DNA of 64,000 bases from contig NMRA01000463.1 in the NCBI GenBank assembly GCA_002633005.1, positions 62,001 through 126,000 on the forward strand, read 5' to 3'. Position 1 is the stretch's first letter. Every line of letters starts with the position of its first letter. Source of the stretch: Phoronis australis (Eukaryota > Animalia > Phoronida). A program made the translations under genes and the position numbers. Below the pieces are notes generated by a model. The model was given only the letters and a program-made list of their open reading frames with translations. It was not told the origin of the DNA and ran no database searches. Positions 23,701 to 36,390 of the stretch are shown piece after piece.

Positions 23701-26700
23701 CTAAGTCTATTCCCAACAATTACGCCGAATTGCAAAGTTTTTGCATAAACTTAGCAGTGAGCATAGCCCTCAAATTAGGACCCCGTCCACAGTCCAGTAA
23801 AGCATTAAAAGTACTATATATTACGTTCGCGAATTACAATATAGCACGGCGAACATAATGTTTCAAAATATTATGATTAGAATTAACAGCGAGAGGTCTG
23901 CAACAAGTTGCTGATTCCAATGCAGCGCACGTAACAGGGCGTCAGTTGTTATTTTTCCAAGCACGAATTCATTGCTATAACAACAGCAGGCGCGAGGTAG
24001 AATGAATTTGTTACAAGACCGTCAGGCGGTGAAATCCGATGCCTTGCGGTCGGTGCTTGCTGTGGTCTGCTTTGTCAAAACACGAGTGTCGACTTCGAGG
24101 CTCTGGAAGTGGAACTAAGAAAGGAAAGAATGTGTAGTTTAGTTTAAAATATTTAAATATCTAACATAAAAGAAAACGATTTGATATCAGCAGTCACTAA
24201 TTTAACAACTCATTTTTTGGACAAAAGCTGATTAAAGTCAGGTTTCGTAAGAAATTTAAAAGTCTTATGACATACATGTATTTAGACATCTTTAATGAAG
24301 TTACTCTTTTAAGGAACACAATAAAACGAGACTGTTTTTCATAAAATGTGTTCAAGTTTTCGAGTTACTACAATCATGAAGTTACAGTATGTTTTGCAAC
24401 TTGTATATTTGAAATCTGGGGTTTCTTGCTTATAGTTTTTTCCAAGTTTTTGTAAAAACTACAAGATCTAACAATTCTAAATTGACGACGACATAGCTAC
24501 CTAATATTTCAACGGGCAGACAAGGCTTCGTTTTTGAAGTATTCAGATTGTGTTGTTTTTGAGGCTTTGCACAGGAAAGAGAAAACCGATATCTTACAAA
24601 AGAAATATAATCAAACTGAAAGATGACAGAAATAGCGTTTTGGTCAAACATACATGATATCAGATGGCATATCATAGAGAAATGTGAAATAATTATCAAC
24701 TTTCTTCAGTTTCAGCTGATTTTTACAAAGGGTGAGCGTTACCGAGAAAGGATGGCATTTATCTCGAATCACTGTTTTATATGCAAACTGATATACACAT
24801 AGGTTTGACCAAAATGACACCTTAACCACGTTTCATTTTGATTATATTTAATAAAACTAACCAAGTTTGTAATTAATTACGTGTGAAATCCATTGGATAT
24901 TTATAACCACCGTCGGATGATTCAAAAGTAACGTGCTGACATGACCAGATTTAAATGTAAAGCTGCCAAGAAGAGAATTACATGTAATGTTGCCATTAAA
25001 ACAAAGCAGGGGTCATATCACGTAAAATTGGTAAGATCCAATGTTTTCTGGTAATTAAATCCGACCAGATGGACTGGATAGTTTGTGTAAAATTTTTCTG
25101 GAATACGTCCCATTGAAAGTGGCGACAGAGGAGAAGATTTTTTATTGAGTAATTTTGTTAAAAATAATGTGTATTCTTCAGTCATATTATCGCCTACGAT
25201 TTTCGTTTCATTTCGTTGTGTGATACACAATCGAACACCGTTTAAATGCATTATTTCGACGAAAAATTTAAGAAAAAAATATTCAACTAAAATGTTACAT
25301 TCATCATTATAGCGTACAACAAACGTATTAATGTTGGAAAAGCTATGTGTGCGTAGAAATCAGGAATAAAGTTCCTACTTTGAGCGAACACGAAACTTCT
25401 ATAGTAAGAAAATAACTCATCAATCTAGGACGCCAGCTTTATAGATGAAATGAGTACAAACTCTTGCAATAGCTAACTGATAAATTTTCAATACAAAGCG
25501 GTTTACTGTTTTCAGCGAGACTAAAATGTCGACTAATCCTCAAAACTCCAAAAGTGTGAGATTTCTTCGTCCCACTTTGAAGCAGTTGTTGGCAATGCGT
25601 CATTTATGACATATGTGTGTTCAACTTTTGTCAGAAAGGTCAAAGATTATCAAATCAAAGGGCCAACTCCGCGCAGGAGTACTGCAGGTTTTGGGAAATC
25701 TGTGTAAATTGGGCATTTGACTTAAGGAACCCGCAACTGGTAATTAAAAGAAAACAAACCATTGCAAACGGGGCAACAAAAGGAAATGTCAAAACCGATG
25801 ATAAAATTTTAAAGGATTTGCAAAAGTGTGTTATTTCAAGATTGGCTTGTTACGAATGTGTTTAAGAATTCACCAGGACTCAAGTGAAAGCCATAATTCG
25901 TTGAATATATGACCAAATAAAATTAAAACAACCAGACGTTGAGAAGATTCAACAAAAATATAGAAAATTGGATGAAACAAAGATTTATTTTTTTGCAGTT
26001 GGGAGACTTTTTATGGTATTGCACATTTTCCTTACTCGATAAAGCAAAAATGACTTGCATTTCCATCTGCTCCATAATTGGAAACTGAAAGAAAACATTA
26101 AAATTTTCTTGAATGAACCTCTAGGTTTTTTAATAATGCAATTTTATTCATTGTGGCGTTTCTGCACGCATGGCAGGGGCCTAAAAATAATCAACCTTAA
26201 TTACTCAATTTTATTAGTAAATTTGCCGTTTTCGATTTATATTATTATATTGTTTGTCAATATTTACATGTATGATTTACATATGTGCCCTGATAACGAT
26301 GTCGGTGGAGACAAGTCAATAAGAAATTAATTAATCATATTTTCTGTATGTAAGCCTAAATATACAGGTGCACAGAATATACACACACTGGGCACTTATC
26401 CTAGTGGTGTTAATTGTTCGTTTTTGTCAAATCTAAATGCGTTACACCTATGCGCCATCTCAGCCACCATTCCCGTGTCAGAGTTGATTAACAAGGAAGT
26501 TATTTATAACCGCGCATCACTAACAGCGCTGAAGCACTAACACAAACAAACAAACCATGTAAATTGAAATGAATGGGTTTGATTTGATATAAATGGCTAC
26601 CGCTTTAGCGTGTGGTGAGTAAGCAAGAGGAGACGGTTCGCCGCTTCTCTAACCTTTTTTCTTTTTCTTCTCCATTGTAAGCGAAACGTTCAATTAGTTT

Positions 26701-28134
26701 CCCAAGCTCGTTCGAGATCCATTACGTAAACTTCACTTTATTTGTATTATCGTTAATACAATCTCGATTTCAAAAAATAGACTGCGCATGCGTACACGTA
26801 CAGCCTTTCTGTAGAGTTTCTAAAAAATTCTATTTTGCACACGAACAAAGACGACGTGGAGTTGAAAGAAAATTAGTGGAAAGACAACGTATGTGTAACT
26901 ATTTCCTTGTATTCGATTTATAACGAAAATATAGCGGAGCGGAAATATTACTCTGACAAATGATATGTTTTGCATGTAATTCCTTATCAATTTGGCTTTC
27001 ATGATGAGTCAAAGCTGCATCAAATACAATTAATTATATTAATGCTATTTTCTCCAGGAGGCAAAACATTAGATCTATGTAAAAAAATTAGTGTTGCCAT
27101 CTGCTAAGTACGTGATTTCCTTTTTCTTCATTAAGTGACTTATAAGCCTGTTGGAGGCTGGGCTCATTATAATTTTAAAAAATATGACTTGTAAGAGCTT
27201 CTAAACATATAATTATAATGAACATGTTCTCTATATTTTCTTTAAACAAACAGGCCGCAACGTTCTAACTTATTTTCACTACCGGCGCGCTGTGTCTTAA
27301 ATTGTTTTAACATTAGTCCGAATGAAAAACGTGATAGACTTCCGACTTCTACCACCGTTAATGAGCGTGGAAATTTAGGACTTCAAACCTACCACCAACA
27401 TGTGAAAAGGGAGTAATGTTTTAAAAATAGTCACTGCTTCTCAACCTAGAAAAGACATATTTAAGATTATGTAGGGCCTTATGGACAGATCTGTGCGTTT
27501 AGCGAAGTATCCATAAAGCTGTAGATTTTAATTCAGTAAACGAACATTTTCTCTGAAAGTAGAAGGACTGTAGAACTTGATCTTGACTCGACTTTTTATC
27601 AATATGACAATAATTGGACCACATGTCCATATAAAATTATTTAAATACAAATTATCAAAGAAAAAATCAACATTGATGGTAAAACTACGAAGTCAATAAC
27701 TCCACCGAATTTCACTTGACACAACTGTTCATTCTGGAATCTCAAAACGCTGTCACATTTTCACAAATGATCATTTCCTTTTCGTCAGATGCAACTTTCA
27801 ATTTCATTTATGAAAATCACGAATAAACTACTTTTTGATAATCCTCTTCGTAAGACTGGCTTAGGGAATATTGCATGAAGCCCTGTATACGAGAATTTCG
27901 CAGTTTTTCAATTAGTCTTTTCTGATATTCTCTAGGGTGCTATATTCACATAACCTGATTGATGTCTTAGTGCTTAACACAAATTTACAATAACAGATTC
28001 AAAATTTCAAGCGAATGCTATTCGCAGTCTTCTCATGCATTTAACAACCCAAAATGGTCAGCCAACCCAGTAGGTGCCAAATTTTGATGAAATCAGCCGT
28101 AGCTCAAAAAAAATCTGTTGAGTGTCACCTACAT

Positions 28135-28350
28135 TGACTTCATCGTCAAAGAAACGTGATTGTCTGTGATTAGACCGTGCGCGGAATCGAACCCCGAGAC
28201 CCCGCGGTCCGAGTCAAACATACTGCTGGCGCAGCTTAATGCTACCCGGGTAAACGGTTGAGAACTTTATACGTGCCGAACTGCCAAATCCACCAGCCTT
28301 AATTTCAGCGAATGTCTGGCAGACAGCGGCAAGAATTGGCTAATTGTCGT
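28135..28350 (-). repeat. Dispersed repeat (copy C) with internal tRNA-like segment
   Basis: Minus strand reads gccaattcttgccgctgtctgccagacattcgctgaaat...ggggttcgattcc (B-box, 28183-28193) gcgcacggtctaatcacagacaatcacgtttct, matching copy A on both sides of the B-box. Confidence 0.65.
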
Positions 28351-29058
28351 AAAATCGCAAAACACATCACGTTTCATGGTTTTACTGCTCCGGTCAGCTT
28401 TTTTCCCAAAAAGTGTATCCCATCCAACGATAATCTCAACAATGTGTTTTGGCCATAAGAACGATAATGTGGAGTGGGAAAGTGGGAAACTCGAAATTCA
28501 CTTGGTGCATAACTTTCGCGAGAAAATGCTGTGTGATCAGGTACTTTGTTTACAATGCAGTGCGAGATCTTGCGAGGACTTGCGTGATGAGCGTTTTCTC
28601 TCTATCCACTCAGACAATAAAGAGCGCCACCTGTTGAATATAAAATCACCCGTTAAGTAATTTTAACTATTTCTAATTTAATTTTCTGTCAATAGATGAA
28701 GTTTTGACATCAAAGAATTGATAAAATAATCAATGGCACCAACAGAAAGTACTTTGAAAGGGGCTGATATCAGATTGTTACACTTTACGAATAGATTATG
28801 TGCAATTATAAACATAATAATTGCGGTACAGACTGCCGACGGAACACTCTTTGCGCGTCCTTCATTTTAATTCAATAATGGTCAAGAACGCAGGGGCACG
28901 GAGGCTCTGAACCCTGGCTGCATGCCTAATGTTCGATTTTCAGATTAATTCTACGTGAAAGACTGCTAAATCGTTGTTATGCCATGATCGTGATTAAAGT
29001 AAAAACCACTGGGAACATGCATCAAAAAATTTTATTTGTATAAATATACTTGTATTAA

Positions 29059-29379
29059 GGTTACGTGCCCTCATATTTCCAAAAAAATATTAAAAAGCTA
29101 TGGAAAAGCCGAGACACGATTGTGAGCATGTTTAACAAAGTTTTAATGCAGAAAATTTGCTGAGTGTTTTTTCTCTACCAGTGTGCTTTTCAAAAGTATA
29201 ACATATCTGCCAAGAAAACATGGTCACGTGACAACGCGAATGGTAAAATGTTGTGGATGACATGTTTAGATTTGTCTCGATTCCTAGTTTCAGAAAATAT
29301 ACGCGTTTATGAATTGCCTGTCGCCAGTTTTTCATAGATATTTTAAGAAGACAACGATAAATCAAGGGTACACATAACC
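29059..29379. mobile_element. Kolobok-like non-autonomous element
   Basis: Flanked by TTAA at 29055-29058 and 29380-29383; imperfect TIRs GGTTACGTGCCCT / GGTTATGTGTACCCT. A TTAA TSD with GG..CC termini fits Kolobok rather than piggyBac (CC..GG). Confidence 0.65.
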
Positions 29380-32300
29380 TTAATCCGAGTTGTACTTGCT
29401 ATTATTGCGTTACATGCGACCGTCGCAACAGCGAAATTCTCCACTCCAATCAACACAAGTGCGAGAACATTAACTCTTGTGAAACCATAAACAAAGAAAT
29501 CTTAAACCGCCAATAACTCATAAACGGGGTACTGGCTTCGGTCCTGTCGTGTACAGTATCATGCTTGGGTTTTACGACAAGGCCGGCATTCTTGAATGTC
29601 GCCAGGCAAAGCTTGCCGTTATCTCATTTGTAGACTCTGGGAACATTGAGAATACTTGGTAGATGATTATTATTTTGAACAATTTTTTAATGTGTGACCA
29701 GCAATGCTTGTGAGATACGCTCAACTTTTCTCTATTTTTTACAAGAAATGGAGTATAAATTGTTAATAGACCAACGAAGCTTTGCATTCTGGCAAATGAC
29801 CCCTGGCGCCTAGGATGACCTTAACTTTCGATTCCAAAGTAGAGTGATTTTAGACCAATTAAATACACTGTAAACTTAACATGGGAGTTTTTTGTATTTA
29901 TATTGTGTTGAGCCAAATGACAATAATCACACTAAGAAAATTCGAATGATTCTCCATTTTCAAAATCTTTTACACGTTTGTCATGTGCGAATACAAAATG
30001 CAACACCATAATTTATGTATTGCTTAGTCATTTTTAAGAACCATTAACGCAGTACTGGGCGGACATTAATATTTGCTTTGTCCAGCCCCATTTACCCATA
30101 GGGCTTGTTGTACGTGGTGTTAATAATCGCATGTTAATAGATTTATTCTTTTTGAAAGTTGATGCTTTTTAGTATATGTAATGTTTGCTTTGTTTTCTGG
30201 CCTTTGAGTTAGGGTTGCCGTAGTCGACACACTAGTGGAAATTAGTTCCACTATCTGACACATACCGCATGTCCTTCGAAATGAAACATTTTAGACCATG
30301 GCGCCATCACGCAAGCAAGCATTCTGATGATAGTAGAAACTGCACTTATCTCAGTCGAGCCATCTTAAGCACTGCAACGGAAATAGTAGAGGCGGAACGA
30401 CATGTTATGCAATTTTAGGTTGAAATTGCGACATCGACGGCAACAGGCATTCTTTTACCGAAATTAATATCGTCCAGAAAAGCATTACATACTTAAGTTA
30501 GGATCGTGTTATGAATTTCCCATGATATCGTTGGCATCGCCGAAACCGCCACCGCAGTCTCCAAAGTGCGGCAACCCACAGCGCGCGCGCACGCTCGTCG
30601 CAGTGTTCGTTACACGGACGCCGGCGGGGGATCACCGCAGTGTTTGTGTTGCGTCCAATCCACGGCACGGTCCCAGCACGAGTCTGGCTTTGACTGACTT
30701 CGTGCATTGACAGACTTCAGAACGCTGGCACCGACGAAGACTTAAGTCTGTTGATATCGTCCGCGGTATTCACCAGACCCTAGCCCTAGCCAAGGGGAAA
30801 TCCGCTTGAGACATGCAGGATGCCGAGATATACTGTTACAATCTGAAAATAGCATAGTTTTTCGAAGACAATATTTGCAATTGTTAATTTTTTATTTTAA
30901 TCTTTGTAACGACTTTCGGCAGAATGCGCGTAACTGGAATGTATAGGTGATGGACATTACATGGCGTGAAAGGCCATTATCGCTACCCGCGTACTTAGCT
31001 GGGGCAAAGACAGGCCTTTAATTGCTTTCTCTACTGCAATGAAGTTGGCGATAAAAATAAACATCTTCATAACGAAATGTCGTCCTCTTATTTTTCATCG
31101 CGGCAAATATGAAATCCTAGACCCTAGTATGCCATGCGAAGCTTATCTGCGAGGTTCACCAGCTCCGTGCGGAAATGACGTCGTCGGTCATACAGTTGTT
31201 ATCCAGGGCTGTGTTTCGTATAGCCGCAAGATATTCGCGAGTGAAGCAAATCTGATCACTCGGTTTGTTTGTGTTATGAATGACGTGTTTTTAGCAAGTT
31301 TCTTGCTTCTACGGAAAGCAGCCCTGCACAGCTAAATGCCCAATTCGTTAAATTCACGAACGCTTGTAATCCGCTACTCTATCGTTACCATCCGCTCTGT
31401 ATTATTCGTCAGTTCACCATTTATACACCTTTAACCCGTACGATTTCCATTGGTGTCACCATTGTCATTTCAACCACATGCTGTATACATGTAATTACTG
31501 CACAATAGGGCCATCCTGGATTACACAGCGATACCGAATCTCACCGTATTTATACCCACAATGCCGTAAGCATCCGTCAGGCACGTTTGCTGCCTCGTTT
31601 TCATGGGACTGGAGTTTCACATGATATTTGAAGTTGTCTGGTTCTTTACAATGTTTTCTCGGTTACATTACCCCATTCGTCCTTCTAATGCCATCAAAGT
31701 ATTACTGCTGTGCTGTGGGCTGCAACTCCGACGTGACGGAGTTTGATAAATTGGACTAATGCCCGTAGATGCGTGATCTAAATTTCCTCGCCTTCCCGAC
31801 ACCAATGAGAGACACGAAAATGTGCCTGATTCACAAAACGAGATCACGCGCCTTCTAATCTCCGGGACAAAGGAGAGTTCTATGGCCGTGTAATCCACGA
31901 CGGCCCCATTATCATTGTTGAAACAACAACATATAATTATATGGTTTCTAACCATAAAATGCCACCATTAGCCGTTCTTAGTAGGAGATAACTTCCGAAA
32001 CAAACTATTTCTAGATCGTTGACTGTGATAACAACGTTTATTGACAGAAATTGATGGAAGCTTTTCATACGCATATGAGATCGCTGTCGTGACTCTAATC
32101 AAACCATCTCTGCTTGCCCTTCAGCGTACTCGGTAGAGGTTATCTACATGCCGGGTCTTTTATCGGTGTCAATGTCTGTGTCATATTTTCCCTGTACCAA
32201 TGCTTGCCGTTCCTGAGTTATGGCCACCACCGGGACTTGTCCAAAACAGCCTCACAAGGCTCCTCAAGTTAATGTCCTAAGGCATATATTCCAAAAAGTG

Positions 32301-32534
32301 CCCGCATACAAGCACATTGTCTTACTTTCAGAGTTACAAGTAAAACGTTCTGTGGTTTGCATTGTTAGTGCTGAGGAAAACCAAAGCTTTGTTAGAACCT
32401 CAGCTTCCATTAGCATATCTTTTGACTTATCTCTAAAACAAACTAACGGTATCACTACCTGTTTAATTTGAAACTTCATATTAAATATTTATGTACAACG
32501 AAATCCGTTCTCGTTGTTGATTCAGTTGTTTTGC

Positions 32535-32856
32535 TATCAATGTACATTTTGGTAATTTTTCAAAAAAGACATGCTCACTTGACCCAATTAATGTCAGTCT
32601 GGTAAAAAGTAAAAACAAACATTTCTACAGGCCTCTTAGTTTCAGTAAATATATGCTTTTACTGGGAAAAAATCTATACCTCGCTGACAGGTGTGCGTAT
32701 TTATTCAAACATCTATACAAATTATAGATTTTAACTCGGTAAACATATATATTTACTGAAAGTAGAAAGCCTGTAGAAATAAATTGTTGACATTTTACCA
32801 GACTGACATTAATTGGTTCGAATTTTTAAATAAATTAACAAACATGAACATTGATA
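32535..32856. repeat. Long imperfect palindrome / foldback element
   Basis: Left ccaattaatgtcagtctggtaaaa...atttctacaggc...tttcagtaaa...aaaatctata mirrors right tatagatttt...tttactgaaa...gcctgtagaaat...ttttaccagactgacattaattgg; outer tatcaatg/cattgata. Loop ~45 nt. Confidence 0.85.
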
Positions 32857-33995
32857 AAAAACAGCGGACAGCAATAACAAAAACGCATACTGAAGATGAA
32901 ATCTCAAAAGCGGTGCCACAGTTTTCTAAAATATCATTTTTTATGAAAATCACCATAAACATCCTATTTTTGATCTCTCTCACGCAAAATAGGGCCACTG
33001 TAAAAACAACTGAGTTTTGTAGAGCACTGAGTAAAAAAAAACGTACGTAGAATCTGAAGTTTCATCTGAAGTTTCGACCAGTCGTTTGCGTGGCATTTGT
33101 CAAATTTGGACATTTTATTTTGCTAGGGTCCTACATAATGTTAATAACCAACTGTTGTGGCTGACATGATTATATAGGAATTTAGTATAATTAATGTCTA
33201 CAAGTCACCAATAATCGCGTTACTGTGGTCAAACTGATAAACAAGTACACATAGATTTATCTTGAATGGAAATTATGCCGTGGGAGTGCACTTTTCTGAA
33301 CGACATATCACATTTCCAAGAAAGACATCCTGAAATTCGTAACGTTTTTAGAAACAATCACAAATCTCCCAAGGACGCATCGGAATTTGCAAAACCAGAT
33401 TGATAAGAATTTTGATGTAACCGGATAAAACTTATTGTTATTAACATTACCACACACAATTTTGTGCAGTTATATCAAAAGCAACAGTTCCCTTGACTGC
33501 CTCCACTTTTTCAAGATTTTCGATGTTTGTTATTTGTCCTCACTGCGCGTATTTGCAGTAGGCCCATTTCAAATAACAAGGTTTCCAAAATACAGTCTCG
33601 CTCAAGTGTTTCTTTTGGCGCAAGCGCCCATTTCAAAGTATACAATGGGGGTAATTAAGTCTTAAATTGTGTGTTGTTGACACCTCTTCCTACAATACGA
33701 TAATTTTCATTCAAGCTGATGCTTATAAATTCGTAAAACTAAGATCTTTAATTTTGAATACGTCTGAAATACCACAGCTATTTTAGTTTGGTCCAAGCCT
33801 TTACTCAAATGTTTCATATACAGACGTATGTGTCTAGTTCCCGATATTGGCGCGGCTTCACATAATTATAGGCGCATACACCTACATGTACACGCGCAGA
33901 TACTGTTTCCGGTGCAAAACCTCTGAATACCCATCGGTTTCGTGATGCTCAGCGACCGCTGACTGATTGTGTAATTGTCTACAGTTGTACACCTG

Positions 33996-34473
33996 GGGCG
34001 TGTTTCACGTAACAGCTTACGACCTTTTTTGGTCGTCGGTTTCATTTACATCGGCGGCAACCATTTAGTTGCAATATTTTTTGAGGTTTACGTACAAGTT
34101 TCCCGAGATCTCATAGAAATCTGTCAGTGAAACGTTGTCTTCGTTTAAGTTATTGCGAACTTAAAAAAGATCGTAAAGTTGGGGCATTTTCGCGCAAGAT
34201 GTCTCAGCGCCTTAGGGAGGTAGAGTTTGAGCCAGGTAATTAGCATTGTACTCCACACCATTTTTCCGCAGAAGTAAAACAAGGGTGGAAGCAGTTGTCC
34301 ACCCATTAGGTACAATCCTGGTAACAGAAAAATATACTTTTTATTTTCGGCTAAGCAACAGGTATAACAAATGCTATTAAATGTTTCAAGATGTATTAAT
34401 AAAATTCTTTTTTAAGACACAGGGTCATGGTCGGAACTCTTTATGTCCTAAGTCATTGTCGTGAAACACACCC
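33996..34473. mobile_element. PIF/Harbinger-like MITE
   Basis: TIRs GGGCGTGTTTCACG ... CGTGAAACACACCC; 3-bp flanks CTG/TTG. GGG..CCC ends and a 3-bp CWG-like target are typical of Harbinger. Confidence 0.6.
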
Positions 34474-35749
34474 TTGCTGTACAAATGCACAAATTGAATA
34501 AAAACAACACGCTACATGACGTCACGTTGCCTTTGTCTACGACTGACTGAATGAACGTCATCCAACAATCATAGTTAGGCAGGTCACAGGTTTTAATTTG
34601 AAGTTTTTGTGCTTCTCAGGTCGTTGTGATATTTTGCACTTGAACCTTTACCAGTCTTCTATTTTAAGTTGACCTCTCAAAACCGAAACGTTGTGTTTTT
34701 GGCAGCGGATTACTGCGTTATGTTTCCACTCGAACTCGTGCTGACCGTGACGTCGACTTAAGATGGCGACATAACAGTTTTAATGAGCACGTTACAGGAT
34801 TGCGTAACCAAGTAATTCTAAAATTCCTTTCAACAAACACTAAATTCATTCCCCACGGGAGTAAGAAACTGAGCGTTTTGCACTGGTTGAACCGAGAAAC
34901 TGCAGATGAAAGAGAAATTATTACTTTGCAAAGTGCCTGAAATTCAATATGATTCTCGCATGAAGTTCATTCAGTGCACTACATCGCTTAAATTAATTGA
35001 AGTTTTAGAATAATTAAAGAAAATTTTGAGAACACAAAATAGTTGTTATCATCTCACAGGATATTGCATCTGTGTTTCCGTTTGAATTTTAACGTAAGAT
35101 CAACCTGCGTATGAAGACATTTGTTAATGGTATCCAGATTTTATTTTTAATTTTAATTTTGTTGTAGTTGCTCGATTTTATCAATGCTTGAAGACAGTGT
35201 AGAGAAAAACCGGTTTTGAATTCATGAAGCGACTGGTATGAGAAACTGACGTTGTTTCGGTTAAACTGAAGCAATGGGCAACGAATTGTGACTCTAGAAA
35301 TAGCTTAGGATATGTGTTGTTCTTTTCTAAAGACAAATGAAACGACATTTAACCACTTCTGAGAACTTATGAAGATAGTGGACTCCAGTTTTACACAAGT
35401 TTGTTACGATACATTGGCGTCTTTTGAATGTGGATGGAATGATACAACTTTCAAAGTATTTATTTTCTAACATTTTCCCACTTAATCCGTGGAGAAAAGC
35501 ACCCTGAAAATCTGAAATATATAAATATTTTTATTTCAAATCCCTTTTTACATCTAAGTATCTTTACACGTGATTTCACAAAAACGCATCTGTTTCTCTC
35601 TCAACTGTTCACGCCCTTTTGGCAATAACGTTTCAATTCGTTCTTTTTAGGCTCCAGCATATGACTTACTTCGTCGAGTGTTATCCAAGCAAGCGGGTAT
35701 GCTCTGATACTTCCAGAGTTAATTTGGCAAAAGACGTTCTTTGATCTGC

Positions 35750-36098
35750 GTGTCTTGGTCACATGACGTGTGACGTATCCCGTGGTTAGATCACTTCTTC
35801 TGTAGTGCCGGGTGGAAGTGATTCATATGAACGTCTGGATCCGACCGGGGCGCTTCGTATTTGACTCTTAGACCTGTGTTTTGATGATCTGCTGGGTGTT
35901 AGTTTTTTACTTTGCTGAGTACAACGATCTCCAATTTCCAATTAGTTACGCTCGAGAAGGGGTAGTGAGCTACGCAGTGACTACCGCGAATGATTTTGAT
36001 TGGTTGACAGTGCTGACGTCTGTGAAAAACACATCGAGACAGGAACAGGATTTAACTCAGTAACACCAATAAATCTGAGATCATTTCAAAACATTATC
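35750..36098 (+). promoter_or_regulatory. Putative proximal promoter / 5' UTR of Prrx
   Basis: Immediately upstream of the ATG; several TGACGT (CRE-like) sites, an ETS-like ggaagt near 35814 and a reverse CCAAT (attgg) near 36000. TSS not determinable. Confidence 0.35.
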
Positions 36099-36390
36099 AT
36101 GAGTAGCTACGGACTATCAGTTGCTAACCACGCGAATCACTTCGCAAATGGAGCCTACGCGCCGGACAAATTCCAGTCATTTCAACCGAATTTCAGCCCC
36201 GGTGTCAGTAGGTCCTCTTTTGCCGTGACTCACTTGTTGGATCTGGAAATGCTTCCGCGGGACTCATGCAGGTATTATCGTGGTAGCAATGTCTCTCCCG
36301 TGTCCAGTTCCCCTGACGGCGTCACTCGCGGCACGTGTAAGAACCCGGATGACAGAATTGCTTGCAGCGACGACAGTGACAAAAAATCTG
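36099..36390 (+). CDS. Prrx: Prrx paired-related homeobox gene, coding exon 1 (eh1-like prx motif)
   Basis: ATG at 36099; encodes SFAVTHLLDLE, matching the N-terminal NFSVSHLLDLE motif of vertebrate Prrx1/2. Donor G|gtgagt at 36391, phase 1, compatible with exon 2. Confidence 0.88.

Noticed and set aside
13512-27041. Paired-class P3 palindromes TAATTCAATTA (13512) and TAATTATATTA (27031) as Prrx autoregulatory sites
   Set aside because: Several such sites are expected by chance in 64 kb of AT-rich DNA; no enrichment evident.
28160-28250. Intact tRNA gene on the minus strand (also ~2970-3040, ~20500-20555, ~41525-41590)
   Set aside because: A B-box is present but I could not build a cloverleaf or assign an anticodon; treated as tRNA-derived repeat.
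30521-30550. DIVGIAET peptide resembling a LINE APE endonuclease motif
   Set aside because: No following W/L residues, no other endonuclease or RT motifs, and a short frame.
868-33144. Inverted copies of tatgtaggaccctag..aaaatgtcca.atttga at ~870 and ~33120 as TIRs of a 32-kb giant element
   Set aside because: Similarity decays quickly and the span would enclose the Lhx6/8 exon; two independent old repeat copies in opposite orientation is the simpler explanation.
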